DNA from: Dehalococcoidia bacterium
GTDB taxonomy: Bacteria; Chloroflexota; Dehalococcoidia; UBA2979
Length of the DNA: 55,341 nucleotides
Assembly: GCA_041674885.1 (NCBI GenBank)
Contig: JBAYUZ010000002.1
Coordinates: 1 to 55,341, forward strand
Direction of reading: 5' to 3'
Shown here: one piece after another, positions 8,289 to 15,637 of the stretch
How positions within the stretch are numbered: the first letter of the stretch is position 1
Layout: each line of letters starts with the position of its first letter
Made by a program: the position numbers and the translations under genes
Notes under the pieces: model-generated
Databases searched by the model: none
The model's input: only the letters and a program-made list of their open reading frames with translations
What the model was told of the DNA's origin: nothing

Positions 8289-8560
8289 TTCGCACCGCCG
8301 TTCACGACCGCGCGGCGCTTGCGGCCCGACTCGCCTTCGTGCAGGGCGGCGAGGGCGGAGCGTGATCGCGCCCTCGCCGCGACGGCCGACTCGATCATCG
8401 AGCAGAGCCACTGCGTGTAGGACTGGCGCGCGTCCTTGGCGAGCCGGTGCGCGCTCGCAAAGATCTCATGGTCGACGCGCGCATAGAGCACCGGCAGATC
8501 ATCGTACGCCCTGTGCACGCGCTTGGCCCGCGCCGCTGGGCGCTTCTTCGGTGTGGTCAT
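8285..8560 (-). CDS. RHH (CopG/Arc-like) DNA-binding protein, first gene of the leftward operon (91 aa); candidate regulator
   Basis: Only the last 91 codons of ORF 8285..10111 look coding: MTTPKKRPAARAKR...VLYARVDHEIFASAHRLAKDARQSYTQWLCSMIESAV (strand-helix-helix). Confidence 0.65.
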   Translation of the reverse strand: MTTPKKRPAARAKRVHRAYDDLPVLYARVDHEIFASAHRLAKDARQSYTQWLCSMIESAVAARARSRSALAALHEGESGRKRRAVVNGGAK

Positions 8561-8644
8561 GTCGCGAGCCCTACCATGGGCGCTTGCGACGCGCAAGGAT
8601 TTTTTCGCGGTTGCGTCGCGCTTGCAACGTGCTAGTGACCCGCG
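8561..8644. promoter_or_regulatory. divergent promoter/operator region between the RHH gene and the csf1-like gene
   Basis: Leftward: TTGCGC (rc 8591-8596), 17 nt, TAGGGC (rc 8568-8573), 7 nt, ATG. Rightward: TTGCGT (8611-8616), 16 nt, TAGTGA (8633-8638), 6 nt, GTG. Palindrome CTTGCG-ACG-CGCAAG at 8583-8597 followed by T6. Confidence 0.5.
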
Positions 8645-9604
8645 GTGACGCCGACACGCGACCTCTTTGCGCTCGCCGGATCGCCCGCGCAAGTCGGCTG
8701 CGACGCACCGACGCCGGGTTGCCCGGTCTGCGCACTGCCATGCGAGCGGAGCATGCCGTACGGGCGATGGCAAGGATCGACCTTCACCGACCAAGACAAG
8801 CTGCGCGGACACGGCCTCTCCGATCGTATCTGCGAGCCGTGCGCGTGGGTGCATTCGTGGGTTGTGCCGCCTGGCCACGCGCCGCCGGAGCCCGGAAAGA
8901 AAGGCGTCAACCTGCGCCTTTTCTGGCACGCGCACGACGAGCGCGGATACGTCTACGGCAACAAGGGCGACAAGGCCACGATCCGCGACTGGCTCCGCGC
9001 TCCAAAGGTCGGCGCGTGGTGGTCCGCGATCGCAGACAGTGGCCAGAAGCACGTTGTCCCATGGACGCCCGTGAATCGTGGCGCGTCGACGATCGTGCGA
9101 CTCGAGCAACGCAACATCGCGATTGGCGACTGGTCGCTCGTCGACGCGATGACGGCAGCGCTCACGGCCGGCGTGACCAAGGGCGAGATCGCGACTGGCA
9201 TCTACACGCCGCGAGCATGGCAGTTGGCCGAGTGTCACGTGCGCGAGCTGCAGACGCGGCCGGAGTTGTTCGGCGGGTGGTGGGAGCTGGCGCTGTGGCT
9301 TTCGCAGCGCGACGAGGCGGCAGTGGCGGATCGAATGGCGGCAGAGAAGGAGGCTCGCGATGCTCGACGAAGCGAAGGCGGACGCGGTGCGGGACGCCGC
9401 GGTGGCGGTGATGATGGCGACGCGAAGCGAATACCTGCGCGCCGGGGCAAGCGCGCTGAAGCACTGGGACCAGCTGCACGACCGGTTCCACCTGGCACTG
9501 CGAACGTCGAGCACGGCGCAACAGCTGGTGACGGCGCTGCGGAGAGGGCTGCGCCTGTCGGCGCCCAGCTCGGACTCTTCGGCGGCGGCAGTGGCACTGA
9601 CTGA
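8645..9604 (+). CDS. csf1: Csf1-like (Cas8-like) large subunit of a type IV effector complex
   Basis: ORF track 319 aa; N-terminal Cys pairs CPVCALPC...CEPCAW (zinc-finger-like); first gene of a csf2/csf3 operon; the last ~80 codons are R/G-rich and overlap the next gene. Confidence 0.55.
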   Translation: MTPTRDLFALAGSPAQVGCDAPTPGCPVCALPCERSMPYGRWQGSTFTDQDKLRGHGLSDRICEPCAWVHSWVVPPGHAPPEPGKKGVNLRLFWHAHDERGYVYGNKGDKATIRDWLRAPKVGAWWSAIADSGQKHVVPWTPVNRGASTIVRLEQRNIAIGDWSLVDAMTAALTAGVTKGEIATGIYTPRAWQLAECHVRELQTRPELFGGWWELALWLSQRDEAAVADRMAAEKEARDARRSEGGRGAGRRGGGDDGDAKRIPARRGKRAEALGPAARPVPPGTANVEHGATAGDGAAERAAPVGAQLGLFGGGSGTD

Positions 9605-9773
9605 CGCGATGGATGCCGACCCCACCGCGTACATGGACCTGCTGGAGTCTGAGATCGGGCTCGTGATGGCGCGCGCTCGGCTGGAGTCGGAGAGGCGGCG
9701 CGATGCGCGCGACGCGAGCGATCTGGCGCGGATGATGGATGCGGCGATCGAAACGCCGCGTGGAGGCGAGTGA
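9360..9773 (+). CDS. cas11: Cas11-like small subunit (137 aa, all-helical)
   Basis: ORF track; own AAGGAGG RBS 7 nt upstream; sits between the csf1-like and csf2 genes; helical Ala/Leu/Arg-rich sequence. Confidence 0.5.
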   Translation: MLDEAKADAVRDAAVAVMMATRSEYLRAGASALKHWDQLHDRFHLALRTSSTAQQLVTALRRGLRLSAPSSDSSAAAVALTDAMDADPTAYMDLLESEIGLVMARARLESERRRDARDASDLARMMDAAIETPRGGE

Positions 9774-10774
9774 TGCAGCAGCACCGAATTGAGATCATTC
9801 TGCGAGCGCAAGAGCCCATCGCACACGCGGAGGGCACGATCGGAAACAGCCAGGTGGCGATGCGGCGCAAGGTGCGATTGCCAAGCGGGCGGTGGACGAA
9901 GGTGCCTTACGTCACCGGCGACACGATGCGCCACGGGCTGCGTGAGGCCGGCACGTACGCGCTGCTCGAGGCGGCCGGCTTGCTGCACGAGGGGCCGGCA
10001 CTGACCGAGGCCGCGCTGCGTCTGCTGTTCAGCGGCGGCATGGTGCTGGGCGCGGCCGGCGACGTCGTGAAGATCGACGAAGCGCGTGCGTTCCGCGAGA
10101 TGCTGCCGCACATCTCGCTGCTCGGCGGCTGCGTCGGGAACCGCATCGAGCCCGGCAAGATCGAGGTGCGCGACGCGATGCTGATTTGCGACGAGTGGCT
10201 ACACCTCACGCCACGATGGATGATCGACTGGATGACGGCAGAGGGCGTCGAGAGCAGCGGCGCGCGCGAGCATCTGGAGATGGTCCAGCGCGTGCGCATG
10301 GACCCGTCGCTTGACCCGAAGAAGCGACTCCTTCTCTCGTCGGGCGAAGAGGCCAACGTGCAGACTCGATTGCTCGCCAGCGAGGCGGCGAGTGCGCGCG
10401 ACGACGACGCCGGCAAGGACCGCGCGAAGTCGACGATGATGCCGTTTTCGTACGAGACGATCGCGGCCGGGTCGATGTTCTCCTGGGGCATCGACTGCGT
10501 GACGCACACGCAGATCGAGCACGACACGCTGTGGGTGATGCTCGCGGCGTTCCTCGCTCGCGCTCGCGTCGGCGGAAAGAAGGGTACGGGGCATGGGCTG
10601 CTCGTGCCGGTGATCGCGCGCGGCATGGATCGTGAGATCGTGGCGACGACGCCAGACATGGACGCGCTCGACGTGACCGGCGACGCGCGTGCACCGGAGC
10701 TCCAACGCTACGTGGCGCACGTCCAGGCGCGGAAGGCGGAGATCCGCGCTGCGCTCGACAAGGTGATCGCGTGA
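9770..10774 (+). CDS. csf2: Csf2 (type IV Cas7 backbone RAMP protein)
   Basis: ORF track 334 aa; VPYVTGDTMRHGLREAG (RAMP motif) and C-terminal G-rich loop GGKKGTGHGLL; GTGA-type coupling to both neighbours. Confidence 0.7.
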   Translation: MMQQHRIEIILRAQEPIAHAEGTIGNSQVAMRRKVRLPSGRWTKVPYVTGDTMRHGLREAGTYALLEAAGLLHEGPALTEAALRLLFSGGMVLGAAGDVVKIDEARAFREMLPHISLLGGCVGNRIEPGKIEVRDAMLICDEWLHLTPRWMIDWMTAEGVESSGAREHLEMVQRVRMDPSLDPKKRLLLSSGEEANVQTRLLASEAASARDDDAGKDRAKSTMMPFSYETIAAGSMFSWGIDCVTHTQIEHDTLWVMLAAFLARARVGGKKGTGHGLLVPVIARGMDREIVATTPDMDALDVTGDARAPELQRYVAHVQARKAEIRAALDKVIA

Positions 10775-11430
10775 TCCCGCTGCGCGTCCTGGCGGATCTC
10801 GAGACGCGCCTCGTGCTCCCTGTCGAAGGCATCCACCTCGACGCGCTGCTGATGGCGGCGGTGGCGCGTCGTGACGGCCTTCCACCGCTGCGCACGATGG
10901 CGGAGGCGCGCGACGCGGAGGCGCCAGCTATTCCGCTCGCGCTGTCTGCGTGTGGCCGCTACTACCAATGCACGACGTCGATCGTGCACGTCGAAGGGCG
11001 CGAGCATCGGTGGGTGAACCGGCGCTTTCCGCTCGCCGAAGCAGTCGCGATGGGCGGCCCGACGGTGAAGCGCCTGCAGCTCTCGGCGGGGGCAGCGAAG
11101 GGCTATCGCATCCCTGTCGAGGCGACGCACGCGCGGTGCCTCACGTGGTACGCGGTCGGCGATCTCTGGGCCGTGCGCGAGTTGCTCTCGCTGGTGACGA
11201 GCCTCGGGAAGCGGCGCGCGGTAGGCGAGGGTCGCATCATCGCGTGGCGCATCGACGCGATTGACGAAACGTGGCCAGGCTTCCCTACGCATGCGTCGGA
11301 CGGCGCACCGATGCGCAACCTGCCTGTGGACGCCGTGACGAGCGGAGCGCATGTGCTGCGGGTGGGGCGCGTGCGCCCACCGTACTGGTCGCGCACGGAC
11401 GAGGAGATGGTGGCGGCGCCGTGCCTCTGA
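10771..11430 (+). CDS. csf3: Csf3 (type IV Cas5-like RAMP protein)
   Basis: ORF track 219 aa; IHLDALLMAAVARRDGLPP N-terminus and LGKRRAVGEGRIIAW G-rich loop; directly follows csf2. Confidence 0.6.
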   Translation: MIPLRVLADLETRLVLPVEGIHLDALLMAAVARRDGLPPLRTMAEARDAEAPAIPLALSACGRYYQCTTSIVHVEGREHRWVNRRFPLAEAVAMGGPTVKRLQLSAGAAKGYRIPVEATHARCLTWYAVGDLWAVRELLSLVTSLGKRRAVGEGRIIAWRIDAIDETWPGFPTHASDGAPMRNLPVDAVTSGAHVLRVGRVRPPYWSRTDEEMVAAPCL

Positions 11431-12143
11431 TCATCACGCCGCGGCATACAGATCGCGATCTGGCGCACTGGCGCACGTGCGAAAAGGTGGACGCTCTGAC
11501 CGCGCAGAGGCGCGCGCCACGGCTGCGCGAGATGGCCGCTCGTGCGGGCGACGTGGCCGCGGCGTTCGCTCGCGGGGGCGGATACGCCGGGGTGTCGTGG
11601 GGGAAAGACTCTGTTGTCGTCGCGTCCATTCTCGCCGAGCATCGCACCGATCTCCCGCTGGTGTGGGTTCGCGTCGATGCGTGGGAGAATCCCGACTGCG
11701 AGTTGGTACGTGACGCGTTCCTCGCGCGCTTCGATGTGCGGTATCACGAGATCAGAGTGGCAATCGGACCCAACCGGCACGGCGGGACTCTGTCGCTCGG
11801 ATTCGCGGAGGCTGCGGAGCGATTCGGAGCCCGATACATTTCGGGCGTGCGCGCAGACGAGAGTGCCATTCGCCGCGCGTCAATGGGCCACCACGGAATC
11901 ACGACAAAAAACACGTGTCGGCCGATCGGCAAGTGGAGCACGGCCGACGTGTTCGCGTACTGCGCGCTGATGGATCTGCCGCTGCATCCCGCATACGGCT
12001 ACACGATGGGCGGCATCTACGATCGGATGCGCCTGCGCACCGCATCGCTCGGAGGCGTCCGCGGCGCAGGCCACGGGCGCGCAGAGTGGGAGCGCGTCTA
12101 CTACGGCGTGCGACACGAGGGGACGCAGCGATGGCTTCCGTGA
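11421..12143 (+). CDS. CysH-like PAPS reductase / PP-loop ATP-pyrophosphatase family protein
   Basis: SWGKDSVVV (PP-loop SGGKDS-like), GVRADESAIR, CRPIGKWSTADVFAYCALMDLPLHPAY; GTG at 11421 overlaps the csf3 stop (start uncertain). Confidence 0.8.
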   Translation: MPLIITPRHTDRDLAHWRTCEKVDALTAQRRAPRLREMAARAGDVAAAFARGGGYAGVSWGKDSVVVASILAEHRTDLPLVWVRVDAWENPDCELVRDAFLARFDVRYHEIRVAIGPNRHGGTLSLGFAEAAERFGARYISGVRADESAIRRASMGHHGITTKNTCRPIGKWSTADVFAYCALMDLPLHPAYGYTMGGIYDRMRLRTASLGGVRGAGHGRAEWERVYYGVRHEGTQRWLP

Positions 12144-12874
12144 CGCTCACCGACGCCGACTGGTCCGCGCCGTGCGTGTCGTTCGATCGCGAGACGCTAT
12201 GTGTAGGCACGCCGATCGCGCTCGACGGCTACCGACATCCACTCGTCATGCGCGAGTTGGCGTGGCTACACGCCGCGCTCACCGGCGCGATCGGGCGCGG
12301 GCACGCGAAGCCATCGCACTGCACTCCGGCCGACTGGTCGCTGGTGCCATGGGATGCGCCGAGCGGCTGGGCGGTCGCGTGGTGGTCAGAGGCGGACGCG
12401 GCTGCGCTCTCTGCGACGGTGCGCCCGTCACGCATCGGCGCCGTCGAGTGCAGCCTCGCGATCGGCGCACGCGTACGCGTGCACGTCCCGCCCGCGTACG
12501 TACCCGGCGCGCACCTCGTGCGCCTATCGCTGCGTACGCCGCTCGTCGTGACCAGCACGCAGAGCGACGGCCGCAAGCGCAGCGCGCAGCACGCGACGAG
12601 CGCGACGATGCTGTCCGCCGCATGGACGCTCGCGCGCAAACTCGGCGTGCATCCGCAAGCGCTCGCGGTATCCGTGCTCGACGCGCGCACAACGAGCGGA
12701 GGTGTGGACTATCGCGGCAAACTCGGCCGCGTGGAGGGGCTTGCCGGCACCGTCGATCTCGCGTGCAACGCGCCCGCGCGGTGGCTCTTTGAGTGCGCGT
12801 CGCGCGGGCTTGGACTCGGCGCGCGCACGGCGTACGGGTGCGGCCGCGTGGAGACAACGACGCTCGCGCGTTGA
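12131..12874 (+). CDS. Cas6-like RAMP protein (247 aa)
   Basis: ATG with GAGGGG 8 nt upstream; C-terminal glycine-rich loop GLGLGARTAYGCGRV preceded by GTVDLACNAPARWLFECAS, as in Cas6 endoribonucleases. Confidence 0.5.
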   Translation: MASVTLTDADWSAPCVSFDRETLCVGTPIALDGYRHPLVMRELAWLHAALTGAIGRGHAKPSHCTPADWSLVPWDAPSGWAVAWWSEADAAALSATVRPSRIGAVECSLAIGARVRVHVPPAYVPGAHLVRLSLRTPLVVTSTQSDGRKRSAQHATSATMLSAAWTLARKLGVHPQALAVSVLDARTTSGGVDYRGKLGRVEGLAGTVDLACNAPARWLFECASRGLGLGARTAYGCGRVETTTLAR

Positions 12875-12973
12875 CAATCGACGCGGCGCGCGAAAATAAA
12901 TCTTGCGCGTCGCTTGCGTTGTGATATTGATATGGAGTCGACGCGAGGTGACGCGCCGACGGGGAGGCTGACG
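12872..12973 (+). promoter_or_regulatory. low-GC promoter-like island downstream of the cas-like operon
   Basis: TTGACA 12872-12877; TTGCGC (12903-12908), 16 nt, TATTGA (12925-12930); CTTGCGCGTCGC 12902-12913 repeats the 8586-8597 operator-like 12-mer (reverse strand). Confidence 0.45.
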
Positions 12974-13282
12974 ATGGCGACGTATCGACTGACCGACAGC
13001 GAGCGCGACGAGATTCTCGAGATCTCGAAGCCGGTAGCGATGATTGCTCTTCACTGCGGCAACCCCGCCGCGAATCAGCGCGAGATGGCGATGTCCTTCT
13101 GGCGCCGCGTCTCGGCGCGCGTCGGCTGTCTCGTCGACACGATCGGCGCTGGCGGCACTCGCGACATCCGCGACTTCACCGCGCAGCCCGATCCGTCGTG
13201 GGTCGCGCCGGTAGTTGCGCCAGCCGCTGAGCCCGCGCCCGAGTGCAAGACGTTCGACGTCGTCGACGGAGTCGCGTCGTGA
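12974..13282 (+). CDS. hypothetical protein (102 aa)
   Basis: ATG (MATYRLTDSERDEILE...) with GGGGAGG 6 nt upstream, within ORF 12914..13282. Confidence 0.6.
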   Translation: MATYRLTDSERDEILEISKPVAMIALHCGNPAANQREMAMSFWRRVSARVGCLVDTIGAGGTRDIRDFTAQPDPSWVAPVVAPAAEPAPECKTFDVVDGVAS

Positions 13283-13707
13283 CCCCCGCGCAGGCAGCGG
13301 AGCGGTTGGAGATGGCGAAGGCGGCTCTTCGCGCCCACCTCTCGCCGGTGATGAGCCGCGACAGTGCGCTGCTCGAGCGCCTCGAAGCGGAGGTGGACGC
13401 CGCCGCTACGGAACTGTGGCTGTCCGTGGTGGACGCGATCGAGCCCGTCGACGACTGCGACCGCCGCAACTTCGGCGACTACGGCTCGGCGTGTGCGCAC
13501 GAGGCGAACAGCATCCGCTGGTGGGATGCGAAGATGACGCGCTACGCAGCCGAGCACGGCTACTCGTCGGCAGTCCTTTCGCGCCACAACCGCGACACGG
13601 CAATCGTCGATGCGGTGACGATGATGCTCCGCTGGCTCGACCTCGACTTCGGCGCGCCTCTCCAGCGTCGCACGCGTCGCGGTAGCGGGATTGCGAGGAC
13701 GGCGTGA
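13279..13707 (+). CDS. hypothetical protein (142 aa)
   Basis: GTG in GTGA overlap; VTPAQAAERLEMAKAALRAHL...; rest of ORF 13243..13707. Confidence 0.6.
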   Translation: MTPAQAAERLEMAKAALRAHLSPVMSRDSALLERLEAEVDAAATELWLSVVDAIEPVDDCDRRNFGDYGSACAHEANSIRWWDAKMTRYAAEHGYSSAVLSRHNRDTAIVDAVTMMLRWLDLDFGAPLQRRTRRGSGIARTA

Positions 13708-14042
13708 GCGTCCCTGGTCAGTGGAACATGGGCGCACCGGAGCGCGATCCCATCATCGGCACGAGCGCGATCCTCTGCTTCTGCGGAGCGCCGGCCGTAT
13801 GCTTCGGTGCGTACGAGGATCCGAACGCGCTCGGCGGCGCGTGCGACGAGTGCTGCGGGCACGGCAACGAGGACGGCTGGTGCGAGTCGCTCGACGCAGA
13901 CGCGGACCTGCCGAAGATGGCGGCTGAGTGCATCGCGAGCGCTCGCGAGAACGGGCGCTACGAGGAGCGTGACGACGACGTGGGCATCGAGGTCAACGCC
14001 GTCGCCGCGTGGGCGCTGTTCCTTGCGTGGGTGCGCTCATGA
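13704..14042 (+). CDS. Cys-rich hypothetical protein (112 aa)
   Basis: ORF track; GTGA overlap; CFCGAPAVCFG...CDECCGHGNEDGWC. Confidence 0.6.
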   Translation: MSVPGQWNMGAPERDPIIGTSAILCFCGAPAVCFGAYEDPNALGGACDECCGHGNEDGWCESLDADADLPKMAAECIASARENGRYEERDDDVGIEVNAVAAWALFLAWVRS

Positions 14043-14236
14043 CCCGCACCACCCAATACCGCGCGCACCTCCCCGGCTGCGCCCCGCAGGTCGTCTCCGA
14101 GTGCGCCGGCCACGCGCCGAGCGCCGATGCGCGCCGCCGCTGTGATGCGCTGCTCGCGCGGTTCCCGGACGTGACGCGCGTCGATGTGTGGCGCAGCGGG
14201 CGGCTGGTGTTGTCGGTGGAAAGGCGGGCCGCGTGA
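14039..14236 (+). CDS. hypothetical protein (65 aa)
   Basis: ATGA overlap; MTRTTQYRAHLPGCAPQVV... Confidence 0.5.
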   Translation: MTRTTQYRAHLPGCAPQVVSECAGHAPSADARRRCDALLARFPDVTRVDVWRSGRLVLSVERRAA

Positions 14237-14448
14237 TGCACATCGACGATCCGCGTACGTACTACGACTTCGCGCAGTACCTCATCGACGACGCGAGACT
14301 GCGCGCGGCCTACGCCATCCGGTGCGACAAGGGGCTTTGTGCCGCCGTAGCCAAAGGCCACTACGAACTCGCGGAAATGAACCGCTCGTCGCGCAACCTT
14401 GCCGTTGTCGCCGCGGTCGAGTCGCTGCTGCGGTGGGTGCAGTCATGA
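14236..14448 (+). CDS. hypothetical protein (70 aa)
   Basis: ATG in a GTGATG junction; MHIDDPRTYYDFAQYLIDDARL... Confidence 0.55.
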   Translation: MHIDDPRTYYDFAQYLIDDARLRAAYAIRCDKGLCAAVAKGHYELAEMNRSSRNLAVVAAVESLLRWVQS

Positions 14449-14642
14449 CCGCCCTCCGCCTCGAGCCGCCCACCACTTCGCAAGCCGCGGAGATCGAGGC
14501 GCTCCGCCGCCGCGCGGAGCGCGACTGCCGCTGCCACCTGTGCGGCGCGTGCTTCGCGCGGATGCGTGATGAGAGCGCGGCGCGACCGTACGTGAAGACC
14601 GAGAGCGCGAGTGATCACAACCGGTGGAAGGGGAGTTACTGA
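14445..14642 (+). CDS. hypothetical protein (65 aa)
   Basis: ATGA overlap; MTALRLEPPTTSQAAEIEALRRRAERDCRCHLCGACF... Confidence 0.5.
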   Translation: MTALRLEPPTTSQAAEIEALRRRAERDCRCHLCGACFARMRDESAARPYVKTESASDHNRWKGSY

Positions 14643-15637
14643 TGACGACTGCGATTCAGCGATACACGGTGACGGTCGAGAAACTGGCCGAGTACGACGC
14701 GGCCTACAAGGATCGCGCGTTCGACTGCGCGACCGCCGAGGGCATGCGCCTTGCGGTGACGGCTCGCGCTGAACTGCGCACGGCGCGCGTATCCGTCGAG
14801 GCCGAGCGCGTCGCACTGAAGGCGCCGCTGCTGGCCGCGTCTCGCGAACTGGACGCAGAGGCGGCGCGTGTGACGGCGCGCATCGAAGCGCTGGAGATGC
14901 CGATCGACGACGCGATCAAGGCGGTCGAGAAGGCGAAGGCCGAAGCGAAGGCAGCGAAGGAGCGCGCCGAGGTCGCACGGCTCAAGGCCATCGCCGACGA
15001 AGAGGCGCGCGTCGAGCGCGAGCGAGTGGCTGCGGAACTCGCGGCCGAGAGGGCGGCTGCTGAGAAGGCGCGCGCCGAGGCCGAAGCGGAGCGTGAGGCG
15101 GCGCGACGTGAGCGCGAGGCGGCGGAGCGCAAGATCGCCGAAGAGCGCGCGGCAGAGGCGGAGGCGCGTCGCATCCGCGAAGATGCGGATCGGGCCGACC
15201 GCGAGTCGGCTGCCGAGGCTGCGCGACGCGAGCGCGCGGAGGCTGACCGCGTGGCCCGTGTCGAGCGCGAACGACTCGCGGCGGAGGCGAAGCAAGAGGC
15301 CGACCGACGGGCGCGCGTCGAAGCGGATGAGCGCGCGGCGCGCGAACGTGAGGCGGCGGAGGCGCGGCGCGTCGAGGACGGGCGCATCGCCGAAGAGCGG
15401 AAGCGGCTCGCAGCGGAGCGTGCGCGCATCGACGCAGAGAACGAAGCGGCTCGCGCGAAGGCGAAGGCGGACCGCGAGGAGATGATCGCGAAGTACGTCG
15501 CTACCGTCTCGCTCCGCGATGCGGCGCAGCGGGCTTGCGACCTGCTCGTGAGCAAGGGCTACGGCGAGGACCCGGCGACGCGAGCGCTCGCGGCTGCACT
15601 CGATCGAGACGCGGCGCAGCGCGAGGCCGCAGAGTGA
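14642..15637 (+). CDS. coiled-coil protein with long E/R/A-rich low-complexity core (331 aa)
   Basis: ATG after GGGGAG; globular N- and C-terminal parts flank ~200 aa of AEAERE/RRERAEA repeats. Confidence 0.65.
   Translation: MTTAIQRYTVTVEKLAEYDAAYKDRAFDCATAEGMRLAVTARAELRTARVSVEAERVALKAPLLAASRELDAEAARVTARIEALEMPIDDAIKAVEKAKAEAKAAKERAEVARLKAIADEEARVERERVAAELAAERAAAEKARAEAEAEREAARREREAAERKIAEERAAEAEARRIREDADRADRESAAEAARRERAEADRVARVERERLAAEAKQEADRRARVEADERAAREREAAEARRVEDGRIAEERKRLAAERARIDAENEAARAKAKADREEMIAKYVATVSLRDAAQRACDLLVSKGYGEDPATRALAAALDRDAAQREAAE

Noticed and set aside
8583-8609. Hairpin CTTGCG-ACG-CGCAAG followed by GATTTTTT as an intrinsic terminator
   Set aside because: The stem has only 6 bp and the element lies between two divergent gene starts, where nothing needs terminating except antisense read-through. 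An operator or -35 overlap is the more economical reading.
8285-10111. 608-aa minus-strand ORF, the longest in this region
   Set aside because: It lies antisense to the csf1-, cas11- and csf2-like genes. Its translation is R/A/S/L-rich low complexity, typical of shadow ORFs in GC-rich DNA. Only its last 91 codons (8285..8560, RHH protein with its own ATG) look coding.
8561-12973. Search for a CRISPR array next to the cas-like genes
   Set aside because: I found no regularly spaced direct repeats of 24-40 nt in or around the operon, or in any other intergenic region of the window. The only repeats are short operator-like motifs. This was checked by eye only, so a mini-array or solitary repeat cannot be fully excluded.
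14900-15450. E/R/A-rich repeats of 14642..15637 as a DNA-level tandem repeat or array
   Set aside because: The repeats are imperfect and irregular at the nucleotide level and stay in one reading frame of a protein with globular ends. This is a low-complexity coiled coil, not a repeat element.
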